Part shown: piece after piece, positions 51,153-64,000 of the stretch
Numbering within the stretch: the stretch's first letter is position 1
Layout: each line of letters starts with the position of its first letter
Source of the DNA: Octopus bimaculoides
Taxonomy: Eukaryota
Length of the DNA: 64,000 nucleotides
NCBI RefSeq assembly: GCF_001194135.2
Contig: NC_068981.1
Coordinates: 116,743,614 to 116,807,613 of the forward strand
Direction: 5' to 3'
Program-made: the position numbers and the translations under genes
Notes under the pieces: generated by a model
Seen by the model: the letters and a program-made list of their open reading frames with translations, nothing else
Databases searched by the model: none
Told to the model about the DNA's origin: nothing

Positions 51153-51828
51153 TGTGTACGAAACATACACACATGTATGCATATATGCATACGAACACAC
51201 ATAGCAACATACACATACACATGCATACATACTCGGGCCCACCCAGACAAGCATAAAATGTGCACACGCATTGATTTTCTTTACACTGAACCGAACACCA
51301 TCTCCGCCCTCCTACAATACACTATCACTCTTTCAAATGTTTCCAGACCAACAGACACACACACACATGCACACGCACCGCTACCCCACACACACTCTAC
51401 CTATTTGACCTCAAACACTCCCATCAACAACCTCCTTTACTCTTTCAACCATGCGTTACACACGATGTTACAAACGGCACTTATAAAGCTTACAGATCAG
51501 TCGCTCGGTTGTCGTTCGGTCGACCGCTCCGCTCTCTGTCTATGGCACGGTCGCTCTGTGATTGCCGCCACCGCCCGTTCTGGCATGGGTGTGAACAAAT
51601 TACCCCATCTCAGGTCCTCAGCCAGCTTTCTCCATCATCCCTATTTTCCTCTGTACTGATACCACCAGCACCGCCACTACCACTACACCACCAACCGTTT
51701 CCCCACCCACAATGCCCCTTTTGCGATGAAATAAGGGACTAATATGTCTATGTAATTTCATGCTACAAATGTCAACTGTCTGTAGTCGAGCGTTAATAAT
51801 TTGCCTTTTCCAACTCCTTCCACTTACT

Positions 51829-51946
51829 CTCTTCTTCTTCTTCTTCTTCTTCTTCTTCTTCTTCTTCTTCTTCTTCTTCTTCTTCTTCTTCTTCTTCTTC
51901 TTCTTCTTCTTCTTCTTCTTCTTCTTCTTCTTCTTCTTCTTCTTCT
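51829..51946. repeat. (TTC)n microsatellite
   Basis: Direct reading. Confidence 0.98.
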
Positions 51947-52402
51947 CATTAACGCTCCTCTTTCCTCTCCTCTCTTCTTTCTCCCTTCCACTTCCCTTAG
52001 AATTAATACATTCATATTCACTGCTTTGTACATGTTCTTCATTATTTCCCTCTGGATTATTTAAGTCTTTTGCTGTTTTGCTTCTTTTTTTCTAAACTAA
52101 TGTCCGATGTTCAAATGAGAGTAGTAGTCGTTATCCGCAGATCAGCTTTGATCCACCATATGACATACGATTGTTGGCATTCCAGCCGTGACCTTCTTGT
52201 CCTTTCAAGCTTTATTTATGTGGGACAACACTTTTCAGTATGACCTTTTAACGGCCAGACGGACCTTACATCGAATGAGAATTACTGTAATTTTGATTTT
52301 TGTAGAAGAAACAATGAGACAGTTTGTGTGAAATGGAGTATTTTAGAATGTAGAATTATTGATGCAACTGTGTATCAATTAAAAAAAACTAGACTCGTGC
52401 AT

Positions 52403-53215
52403 ATATAGAGGGTTATTCAAAGAGCATGAACCGATATATATTATGCAATATTTTAATAAGGAAAAGTAATAGAAAAACTCCAACTAAGTCACAAGTATTT
52501 ACTCACAATCAACTTTTATTTCCTGTCTTACAAGTGTTCAATGTGGCCACCACCTGCAGCACGGGCAACATCAGTGCGATAACGGTATTTCTCCCAGATG
52601 CGTATCAATCGTCACAATGTGCGTATTTGGGGAACAGAGCAAGCACATGAAACAGTTGAGCATGAAAGAGATTCCCCTAAGGTGAACGTCTTCCGTGTTG
52701 TGTCTCATGACAAGGTTTATGATACCTTTTTCTTTAAAGGAAACACTGTTACAGGACAAACCTATCTCAATATGCTCCAAAACTAGTACTTCACTTTACT
52801 GCAAGCAGATTCGCATGACTTCATTTTTTAACAAGATGGAGCACCGTCCCTTTGGCACCCGATGGTTCGAGCTTTTTTAAATAAAAAAAAGTGCCACAGC
52901 AATATATTGGTCGAAAAGGAACCCCATTACCCTGCTCTTTGTGCTTGAGATCCCCAGACCTCACCATGTGTGATTTTTTTCTTGTGGGAATATCTAAAAG
53001 ATCGCGTTTATGTTCCATCGCTAACCTCGATGACCTTAAATATCGAATAACGACAGCGATCAACTCAGTGGATCGTAATATACTGATAAGCGTCTGGGAA
53101 GAATTCTCTTATTGCATTGATGTTGCCCGTGCTGCAGGTGGTGGCCACATTGAACACTTGCAAGACATCCAAGTAAAAAAAAAATCGAAAACAATTTATA
53201 TATAAATCAATAAAT
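52403..53215 (+). mobile_element. internally deleted Tc1/mariner element, DD41D/DD37D-like
   Basis: INRHNVRIWGTEQAHETVEHERDSPKVNVF...QDGAP...RSPDLTMCDFF...AAGGGHIEHL; long D-D spacing. Confidence 0.85.
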
Positions 53216-53579
53216 AAATGAAATAAAAGAATAAAACAATTTCTAAGACACCAGAACTCAGTAGATGAAGTTACAGATACGTCGATTTACAGGGTAATCT
53301 GACGCAACCTAGGTGAAACAAATTTTTCTGCCTAATTATTCTTTATTTCTTATCAGTGTTAGACATGTTTCCTCTATATACGTTCTGCATAGAACCTATG
53401 TTCCATCCCTTGTATGTTTATGCAATGTATTTTTTTTTTTAAACTTTGTATACGTTGTTGCTGTGTCAATGGGACTCTCGTATCGTTAATTGCTGTGAGA
53501 GATACACTTGAAGATTGTAATAATGAACTAAAACAGAAATATAAAAACTGTAACAATATAATTTTCTAGGAAACAAATA

Positions 53580-54825
53580 TGAGGTCGTCATGTATGAAAT
53601 TTGTATAAAAGGAAAAAAAGTTTGCAAATGCTTTATAAATACAACGAATAGTTTTATTCATCAAAGTATGCACCCATATTGTAAATACACTTTTGCCATT
53701 TCAGTGGTAGCTTGTCCAGCCCGGAACTGTAAAAACCTGGCTATCTAGAGTCAATAAAATCTTGGAAGGCCTGTTTTGCTGCATTGTCAGAATTAAATTT
53801 TTTTCCTATCGCAAAGTTATCCAAATTCTGGAAGAAGTGGTAGTCTGTGGGGGGTAAGATCAGCTGAGTACTCCTGTAGTTTTGCCAATGTTATTTTTGC
53901 GATGTGTTGTCTGGCGTTGTCTTGTAGATCTGTTGATTAATCTAGGCTGTTTTTTTTTCTGTAAGTTTCTGTATCATTTGGTCCAGTTGGATGCAGTATA
54001 CTTCGGCCGTGATTGATGAGCCAGGTTTAATGAAGTCATACTGGATCACACCTGCGCCAAACAACCAAACACACACCATCAGCTTCTTTTGATGAATTTT
54101 GCTTTTTGGATTGTATTTTGGTGGCTCATCTTTGTCCAACCACTGTGCTGAACGTTTACGGTTGTTGTATTGGATCCATTTCTCATCACATGTTACAATT
54201 CGATTCAAAAATGATTCATTTTTGCGACAAGGAAGTAACATAATGCAGGCTTCCAAACATTGCTAATTCTGATTTTCATTGAGTTCATCTGCAACCCAAT
54301 CATCCAACTTTTTAACTTTACTGATATGAACTAGGTGAGTCAATATTGCTTGCTTGGTAACACCAAACAAAAACCATAATTTCTGGGCACTTTGAGATGG
54401 ATCTGACTTGACGGTGGCCTTCAGTTCGTCATTATCTACTTTTGTTTCTGGTTGACCGCGTTGCTCATTTGTGAGGTCAAAGTTACCGGAACGAAATTTT
54501 GCAAACCAATTTGATACTGTCTGCTGTGTAGTAACACTAGAATGAAATACTTCATTAATATTCCGAGCTGTCTGTGATACTGTATTTCCAAGAAAGAACT
54601 CATATTTCAAAACTGTACGAATTTCCAGCTTATCTCTAAACAAAAATAGCAAAAAACGATTTATAAATACTTTATAAAGCGCAAAATGAGTTAGAATAAA
54701 GAACTAGTTGTGTCAGCTTTCTAACAGAAAAAAGAAAGATTGTCAAAATATAATAATGGCGCAAAATGAGCAGCTGTCAAAGTTTACCACATACCTTACT
54801 ACAAATTTCATACTTGACGACCTAA
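53580..54825 (-). mobile_element. full-length (about 1.25 kb) inactive mariner
   Basis: TIRs tgaggtcgtcatgtatgaaattt / aaatttcatacttgacgacctaa with TA on both sides (53578-79 and 54826-27). WVADEL, IVTCDEKW, QDNAR, PTDYHFF; in-frame TAG and a frameshift. Confidence 0.93.
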
Positions 54826-54879
54826 TATTTCTATACATTTTGTGTGCGTGTGCCTCTTTGTATGTCTGACTGTAAATAT

Positions 54880-55725
54880 TTAGTTCAGAGAGCTCCTGCC
54901 TCTGCTGGTAACAAAGGGCCTCTCGCTCAGAGTGAAAGGTAGACTCTATGATACCTGTGTGCGAACAGCCATGCTACACGGCAGTGAACTATAGGCTGTG
55001 ACTGCTGAGGAAATGCGTAGGCATGAAAGAAATGAAGCTAGTATGCTCCGCTGAATGCATAATGTCAGTGTGCTTATACGAGCACTCTAACAGAAAAGTT
55101 GGACACAAGAAGCATCAGACGTGCTGTGCAAGAGAGACGACTGCGCTGTTATGGTCATGTGTTGCGTATGGATGAACACCTGTGTGAAGAAGTGTTACAC
55201 CCTAACAGTGGAGGGAACCTGTGCAAGAGGTAGACTCAAGAAGACATGGATGAGGTGGTGAAGAACGACCTTCGAATTTTGAGCCTCACAGAGGCAATGA
55301 CAATCGAACGAGACCTTTGGAGATTTGCTGTTCTTGAGAAGACCTGACGAGCCAAGTGAGATCGTAGCCTTCAGTCGTTGGGTAATACGCTATGCTTGTG
55401 AAGACCTATCGAACCAAGTGACATCGTAGTCGTGGCCTATGCCAATGCCGCCTGATTGGCTCCTCTACCAGTGGCACGTAAAAAGCACCATTCAAGTGTG
55501 GCTGAAGTCAGTGCCGCCTGAACGTTACCCGTGACGGTAGCACGTAAAAAGCACCCACTACTTCCTCGGAGTGGTTGGCGTTAGGAAGAGCATCCAGCTG
55601 TAGAAACCTTACCAAATCAGATTGGAGCCTGGTGCAGCCTCCCGGCTTGCCCTTCCTCAATCAAACCGTCCAACCCATGCCATCATGGAAAGCGGACATT
55701 AAACGACAACGATGATGATAATGAT
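54880..55725 (+). mobile_element. RTE LINE 3' end with UTR
   Basis: RELLPLLVTKGLSLRVKGRLYDTCVRTAMLHGSE...; same family as 48330-49620; (GAT)n tail. Confidence 0.9.
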
Positions 55726-56569
55726 GTATGAGATGTTGCACATGATCAAATGAAATTATCTGTAAATATCGAATAGAATCATGGACAGCATATTTGTGAT
55801 AGCACTTTACTCTGGAAAAATGCTTTATTCCCCGTTTCTGTCCCCAGGAAAGCGAAGGAACTTAAAAATAGTAACTGCATCTCTCTCGAATGAGATCTTA
55901 CAATAAGAGAAAAGGTTTGGCTAATAGTGAGAAAAATAACTGACGAGGTCCTCATGGATCGAACGATTGTGATCATTGATTCTGCTTGCTCGAAGCTCAC
56001 ATGAGGCTGAACCCTGAAAAATCCATTCGCAGGAAATCCATTTCTACAAGCCTAAACCTGATACTATCACTCGCTTTCAATACATGAATCCAAAAGCTAA
56101 ACGTTTTTCTTCGTATAAGATGCAACGCAATGTGGAGAAAAAATAATATATAAACTTCCGCTTGCAAAAATGCAGCCAACAATTTAAATAAACAACTAAA
56201 CAAAGAAAGATATTGTAGTCCTTATTTTATTCTTTTTGCCCTAGAATCTAATACGAATATGAAAGACTTTTACGGAACTTATTCGTAATAACTACTGAGA
56301 AAATATTTTTCTAGTAAAATGACACAACTATGAACAGAAAGTGTTCTCTATTCTTATCAGATAAATATTTTTCTTTCTTACTTAAATAGAACAAGCTCCG
56401 AATGTTTCACAAACAATCATACCTGCTGAGTGTTTAATTATATACGCATATGTATGTATAACTCTCCAAGCGATTGTTGTCTATATAACCATATTTGTGT
56501 TTCTGTTTGAGTTGCCGTGTATTCATGTATTTATGTAATAAGTATAACTTCACGTAAATGTGTCCGTAT

Positions 56570-56618
<49 letters not shown>

Positions 56619-56916
56619 CATATAAATATATATATNNNNNNNNNNNNNNNNNNNNNNNNNNNNNNNNNNNNNNNNNNNNNNNNNNNNNNNNNNNNNNNNN
56701 NNNNNNNNNNNNNNNNNNNNNNNNNNNNNNNNNNNNNNNNNNNNNNNNNNNNNNNNNNNNNNNNNNNNNNNNNNNNNNNNNNNNNNNNNNNNNNNNNNNN
56801 NNNNNNNNNNNNNNNNNNNNNNNNNNNNNNNNNNNNNNNNNNNNNNNNNNNNNNNNNNNNNNNNNNNNNNNNNNNNNNNNNNNNNNNNNNNNNNNNNNNA
56901 TATATATGTATGTATG

Positions 56917-56989
<73 letters not shown>

Positions 56990-57339
56990 ATGTATGCACG
57001 TTTATGTGCTTGTCTATATGTGCGTGTGTGTACATATAAAAATGTATATAAGAAAATGAATATCAAATCAGTTATTCAGTTTTCAGAAACATTTCAAAAT
57101 ATAAATATTGGTATTTTTCAGAAGTTATTTGTGGAGTATATATGATATATTGTGTGATTAACTGTGTTTCATTTCTTTCGAATGCTCCGGTTTGTTAGAC
57201 GTTTCGGAAAATCAGTCTATTTTCAACATTCGTTTTCACAATGAGTAGAAATTACCTACTTGCAATTCATACTAAAAAAAAAAGATACTATAACTTATTC
57301 TACTAGTAAAGAAGCTTCGTTCTCATCCATATCGTTCAT

Positions 57340-57740
<401 letters not shown>

Positions 57741-58751
57741 AACTCACTATGTTAGAATAAATGTGATAGCAACGAACAAATCACGGTGTGTATTCACGGT
57801 CGATTCGTTAGGAATAGAGCGAAATCTCGTTAAAATCAAACATTATCGGGTCAAAAAAGAAAATCCTACCATAAAGAGAAAACGCTTTCGACTTAGAGAA
57901 AAGGAATGGATTGCACATCTGGAGCGCCACTGATCTTGAATATTTCCGTTTGAAACCGATCATAGACTTAAGAGCGACAGTAACAACAACAATAACTATG
58001 ACAACGAAAAGAACAGCGGAAACAACAAAGTTAAACAATCATAAGGTATTCCATATTAGGGAAGGAATTCTCAAATTAGAACATTAAAACAACTGAATCT
58101 ATTCTCGTGTATTTTGACAATGAATTGATATATTAACAAAACTATTATATGAATTCATCAGACTGTAAATCAGCTGTAACAGACAAGAAAAATGAGGGAG
58201 CATCTTAGTGATAGGCTGACCTGCAAGAAATAGCAGATAAATCTCTCTGAAATTCGTAATACTGACATGAGTAAAGAGAAGATTCCTTTGATACTGTAAT
58301 ACTATCGACCACTAAAACAGTGATGGTTATCAAGAAGGGAATACGTTCAATAACATTTCTGCTTGCCCAAGGTGATCAGAAGATACAGAACTTAAGCAAT
58401 ACCAACTTCGATGTTGTCAATATCAAACTTCTTGTATGATTTTGTGTGCATAGACGTGAAGTAACATGCAAATCTCTTTAATATACATTAAAAACAATAC
58501 AATGAATGAAATCACAGTCAACAACTTCAGAGAAAACGATAGAAAATATCTTCAAACAGAAAACGAACAAAGAGTTTTAAATGTACAATTAGCAAGCAAG
58601 ATAAGACCAACTGAATCATTAAAAAAGTCACTCAAATAGAATAATTCCAGTATGGTTCTTTCACTGAACCGAGGTGTCAAACAAATCTCGTGTGGTCTGC
58701 GTAATCATAATGAATGATCAAACGCTGACAAGAGTTATAAAGTTAATATTG

Positions 58752-58962
58752 GTTTCAAATTTTGGCACAAGAGCAGAAATTTCGAGGAACGGGTAAGTTG
58801 AATATATCGACCCCAGTGTTCAGCTGCTACTTGTTCTATCGACCTCGAAAGGACAAAATGAAAAGTTGACTTCGGCGGAATTTGAACTCTGAACGTAAAG
58901 ACGGATGAAATACCGCTAAATATTTTACCCGGCGTGCTAAAGATTCTCCCAGCTCGGTGCCC
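58752..58962 (-). mobile_element. SINE family A adjacent to (AAT)n
   Basis: tttcaaattttggcacaag...ggcggaatttgaactctgaacg...aaataccgctaa. Confidence 0.88.
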
Positions 58963-58965
58963 TCC

Positions 58966-58998
<33 letters not shown>

Positions 58999-59059
58999 CA
59001 ATAATAATAATAATAATAATAATAACAATAATAATAATCGATGCATCAAGATTTCCCAA

Positions 59060-60742
59060 AATCTTGATCATACTCAAGTTCAAACAACCCGATGATTCAG
59101 CAGGCCTTTGACGATGAGGTAATGTGCGAAAATCAGATCAAGCGGTGGTATAACCACTTTAAACATGGACGCACCTCAGTAGAAAGCAATGCACGCTCAG
59201 GCAGGCCATCTGCAAATTGAAATGAGGAGTAGACTGAGAAAGTTCGGCAAATAGTCATGGAAGACCGTCGTGTTACAAACCAGGAAATTGCTCACGATGT
59301 GAGAATAAGCAGAGAATCAGTGCATTCCATTTTACCGAATGATTTATGCATGCGGAGATCGCCGGTAAAATTCACACCAAAGGTGCTGGCACAGAAGCAA
59401 AAGCAACTCCGCTTGGAAATCGCTCAGGACATGCTGGATTGTGCAAACCACAACCAAGATTTCATGATACGCAAACACGCGCGCTAACTCACGTACACAT
59501 GTACACAGTGAAAGAAGTAAAGAAGACCATCATCACTGGTAATGAGAGATGGATTCATGCTTACGACCCAGAAACCAAGTTCTAGTCCTCCAATTAGAAG
59601 CATCCTTCGTCACAAAGGCCAAAAATGTACGACAGGTTCCCAGAAATATGAAAGTAATGTTGATTTGACTCCCGTTGTATTGTGGGTCATGAATACGCAT
59701 CTCAAAGCCTAACAATCAATAAGGAATACTATCTGGACATTGTAAGTTGCCTTCGTGATATGGGCGTCGAAAGCGCCCGGATATGTGGGCGGCAAAGAAT
59801 TTCCAACTTCACCACGACAATGCGCCCGCTCATTCCACCCACATAATCCAAGCTTTCCTGGTCAACTCCCTATTCTCCCGACTTGGCTCCGTATGACTTT
59901 TGGCTGTTCCCCAAACTGAAAACCACACTGAAAGAGAAGTGATTTGAATGGAGAGACGAAATTGTGAGAAAAGTGGCGGTAGAGCTTCATTATTTCATTA
60001 AAATTCGCCATTGGCGGCGTTACAGAGAGGGGACAAACAAGGAGAGACAAACATAAGGGGGAAGAAGCTTAAACGTTTTTTAAAAAATTTTACAAGTTAC
60101 GAATAGATTAAAATATGATTGAAATTGATTTGAAAATTAATTTTAAAATATTACACAAGAAATCATTGCGCTTCGCAATGAGGTAGCTAGAAAGAAGGCA
60201 ACCGACCATCCTGGTAGAACCTTTGCTTCCCAAATTGACCTCACTTATTTGGTGCCAATCTCACTCAGCTTGCGCTCCACAGACTTCCATCTTTTCGTAA
60301 ACATATCCCGTGACAGGCACTTTCTCTCCAGCCTGATCTTACTACTGAGGTGGTAACTAAAACAGTTAACCAGCCCCTGGCCGGAGACAAAGGTACCTGT
60401 CACTATACCTTTCACACGCGTCTTCCATACTGTTTCTTTCAGTATGGCTACTACGCAGAAAAAACAGGCCTTCCTTTTCCTGTTAAGGAAAGGAGGTGGT
60501 ACAGTCTCGATGATAGACTCAGCTGATAGCTGTACTCTTCCTATCACTGACAACAGTTGTTCTGCAAAGGCTATTAGTCCCGGCGGTAGAGCTTCATGTC
60601 ATTCGAGAACCCCTGCGAGAAGTGCGTGAACTCTCAAGGGAAGTATTTTGAATGTGATTAAATAAATTTGTGAAATGTACAAGTGTGTTTTTTTAAACTT
60701 TTTTATGCCCAAAGCTCGGATACTTTTTGAACGAACCTCAAA
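59060..60742 (+). mobile_element. degenerate mariner (irritans-like) interrupted by insertions
   Basis: SGRPS, MEDRRVT, IITGNERWIHAYDPETK, LHHDNAPAH, CEKCVNSQGKYFECD; right TIR tactttttgaacgaacctc. Confidence 0.88.
59991..60581 (-). mobile_element. 5'-truncated Tx1/L1-type LINE inserted in the mariner, 16-bp TSD
   Basis: ILKETVWKTRVK...KIRLERKCLSRDMFTKRW (Tx1-like ORF2 C-terminus); GGCGGTAGAGCTTCAT at 59975-59990 and 60582-60597. Confidence 0.8.
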
Positions 60743-63438
60743 TATTTTTGCCTGCCATTATTTTTTCTAACTCTGGACAATGAAGTGACGAAATTAAGAG
60801 CTAGGTGCAAAACCCTAGCTCTTAATTTCCAATATGGGCGTTTCATGTATTTTACATATTACTCTGATGCACAATAAATAATCTTACTCAAACTGTAAAT
60901 GAAATCACCAATAGCAACAGTAACGATAGCATTACAAACAATATGTTTACACACTGCAACATCAACGGCGTTAAAATCACCTTTATGGAGCAAAAGGCTT
61001 TCACTAAACATCAAATGCACGAAGTAGTATTTCAAGAAATATTATATTAACCTATACGAAGATTGAACTTCCCACTATAGTACCGCGTTACATGATTGGG
61101 AATAGTGTTCTAGTGAGCTGTATAAAACTAATTTTAATTTGTAAGTTTAAGAAATACACAGGAGTTACTTTTACTTGCTTATTTACGTATGGAAAATGCG
61201 TCGGTACACATAAACATAAACAGACATACAACTTAAGCATACAAAAAAAAGAAAGACATATAAATAAAAGAATTAATCATTCGTATACTTCGTTTCTATA
61301 TGATGCAAGCACTCACAAACTTATCGGAACGTATTCACAAATTTATCTCTATTTCTTTAATTCGTTGTGTTCCTTTTCAATCTTTACTTCTTTCTTTGGG
61401 TACAAGTGTACGTGAGTGTGTGCGCGCGTGTTTGCGTATCTATACACACACATACAGTCATATACATATGTGTGTGTGTGTCTTGCGTGTGTATATATGT
61501 ATATATATATTTATGTTTATGTATATACACATATATATACATATATATATATATATATTATATGCATATACATATATATGTATGTATGTATACGAGTCTT
61601 TGTGTATTTACTATGTATCCTTCTACGCGTATTTGGCTATGTCTGTAATATGTATCTTTACATATACATTTTCAGTATCTAGATGCATATATATAATGGG
61701 CAGGCAACCATATACAAAATAACTAGCCTTTCTACCAATTAGCGCTGGTAGAAAGAACGGCGAATAAAACAAATGAAAGAAGCAAATGTGTATTGAAATC
61801 GCCATAAGACGGGAGACATTCGGTGTACTGAGTCAATCAATATGGCTTAACAGAAAACGTCAAGAAATAAATGAAGACTAAATAATAAAGTAAAACGAAA
61901 CAACAAATGTACAAATAGATTTATCTAGAAACAGATAGGAGAGACAAAAGATAGAGAATTAGCATAACGAAAACAGAAAGAAAATAAATCAAACAGGATA
62001 TAGGAATAAGAAAATATTCCAAAGAGTTTCTGATGTATACGTACGTACTTATGTATGTATGTATGTATGTATGCATGTATGTATGTATGTATGTATGCAT
62101 GTATCATGTATGTATGTATGATGCATGTATGTATGTATGTATGATGCATGTATGTATGTATGTATATNNNNNNNNNNNNNNNNNNNNNNNNNNNNNNNNN
62201 NNNNNNNNNNNNNNNNNNNNNNNNNNNNNNNNNNNNNNNNNNNNNNNNNNNNNNNNNNNNNNNNNNNNNNNNNNNNNNNNNNNNNNNNNNNNNNNNNNNN
62301 NNNNNNNNNNNNNNNNNNNNNNNNNNNNNNNNNNNNNNNNNNNNNNNNNNNNNNNNNNNNNNNNNNNNNNNNNNNNNNNNNNNNNNNNNNNNNNNNNNNN
62401 NNNNNNNNNNNNNNNNNNNNNNNNNNNNNNNNNNNNNNNNNNNNNNNNNNNNNNNNNNNNNNNNNNNNNNNNNNNNNNNNNNNNNNNNNNNNNNNNNNNN
62501 NNNNNNNNNNNNNNNNNNNNNNNNNNNNNNNNNNNNNNNNNNNNNNNNNNNNNNNNNNNNNNNNNNNNNNNNNNNNNNNNNNNNNNNNNNNNNNNNNNNN
62601 NNNNNNNNNNNNNNNNNNNNNNNNNNNNNNNNNNNNNNNNNNNNNNNNNNNNNNNNNNNNNNNNNNNNNNNNNNNNNNNNNNNNNNNNNNNNNNNNNNNN
62701 NNNNNNNNNNNNNNNNNNNNNNNNNNNNNNNNNNNNNNNNNNNNNNNNNNNNNNNNNNNNNNNNNNNNNNNNNNNNNNNNNNNNNNNNNNNNNNNNNNNN
62801 NNNNNNNNNNNNNNNNNNNNNNNNNNNNNNNNNNNNNNNNNNNNNNNNNNNNNNNNNNNNNNNNNNNNNNNNNNNNNNNNNNNNNNNNNNNNNNNNNNNN
62901 NNNCACACACACACACACACACACTGAGATTAAGATCAATGTCGTCTTGGGTGCATGGAAAAGAAAAAAAAAAGAAAAAGCGAACGCCTTAACTGAAGAA
63001 GAAGAACGAAGAACACAATAAACAAATAAAGAAAAAGGAAAGATTTTAGAAACAAGAGGCAAATGAAAATAAAAAGTACAACGGTCAGTGTTGTGAGAAA
63101 GAAAGAAAAAAGAAAACGTAGAGTATCGATTACTTTTGATTTTAGACTATCAATATCATGTATTTCATGTATTTATTTCGTCGTTAAACAGGCTTTGTGC
63201 TTGCTTTTGTATATATGCCCATCAGCAGTCGATAAATACAGAAATACATACAAGCATACATACATATATGTATATGTAAGTATGTATGTATGTATGCATG
63301 TATGTATGTCTATATATATATATATACATATATATACACACATCCACAAACATACATATATGTACACATCCAACGCACCCCGTACATGCACGTTTGTATG
63401 TGTGTGTGTGTATATATCGGTGCGAATTATTTGTATAC

Positions 63439-63558
63439 GTATTGTTTGTTTGTTGATCGAAGGAATAGACGAATAAATATCGGGGGCGTTTACTTTGATT
63501 TTAATGACCAATTCCGTTGGAATCAATAGTAACGAAATGGTGGATTTTACAAACAAGT
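63439..63558 (-). CDS. candidate symmetric phase-1 exon (D)LFVKSTISLLLIPTELVIKIKVNAPDIYSSIPSINKQTI
   Basis: Acceptor tttctttgtgtacctgtatttgtag, 120 bp, GTATAC donor; phase-compatible with 43938/43893. Confidence 0.35.
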
Positions 63559-64000
63559 CTACAAATACAGGTACACAAAGAAATGTGTTTTCACATACCA
63601 TTTCACAAACACATGCACGCTTACAAACATTCACGCATACACAAACACACATACGCACACACACACGCGCTTACGCGCACGCGCATATATATGAGTGTAT
63701 ACATATATGGATCCTTTTGTTTAAATATTTGTAGTTTCTCATTTATTTTGTGACATGATTTCCTTAATATTCAATATATTTTCATATTTTGTTGTTCTGA
63801 ATTTAATGAAATTTAGTTAAAAAAGATAATATTTTATTGAGCCCTTTGATGGACTATGCCTCAAAGCATTATCTTGTATTTGTGTTATTTATTCACACAC
63901 ACACACACACATACACACATACTCACTCTCTCACACACACACACAAATACACATATATATGCACATACAGAACATTGACTGATAATCACTTCAACCCCTT

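Noticed and set aside
61728-61755. 10-bp hairpin ctttctacca-attagcgc-tggtagaaag
   Set aside because: Short isolated stem expected by chance in 64 kb; no supporting context.

Overview
AT-rich, microsatellite-dense animal DNA with many N gaps. The repeat content (tRNA-derived SINE families, R4/Dong, RTE, Tx1 and Penelope retroelements, several Tc1/mariner groups) points to an octopod cephalopod draft assembly; this is an inference. Most ORF-track entries are microsatellite or gap artefacts, and no long intact ORF exists. Most of the window is transposon debris, probably inside long introns. The best host-gene signal is a minus-strand exon at 43626-43938/43893. It reads prodomain-like ...ICG..., then HVKR (a possible convertase site), then KWKLEMAIITD, resembling the start of a reprolysin/ADAMTS (M12B) catalytic domain. 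Other phase-compatible minus-strand exon candidates lie at 63439-63558, 36832-36980, 24173-24274, 10116-10209 and 920-1043. No HExxH zinc motif was found. A possible nested plus-strand gene for a secreted protein lies at about 25.8-34.1 kb. The most unusual structures are two modular, nested fold-back elements that share one module (35.4-36.0 kb and 47.3-48.0 kb), a head-to-tail stack of six SINEs in (AAT)n, an R4/Dong nest in (TAA)n, and in-frame UAG/UGA codons inside otherwise open candidate exons. All gene models are hand-read and unverified.
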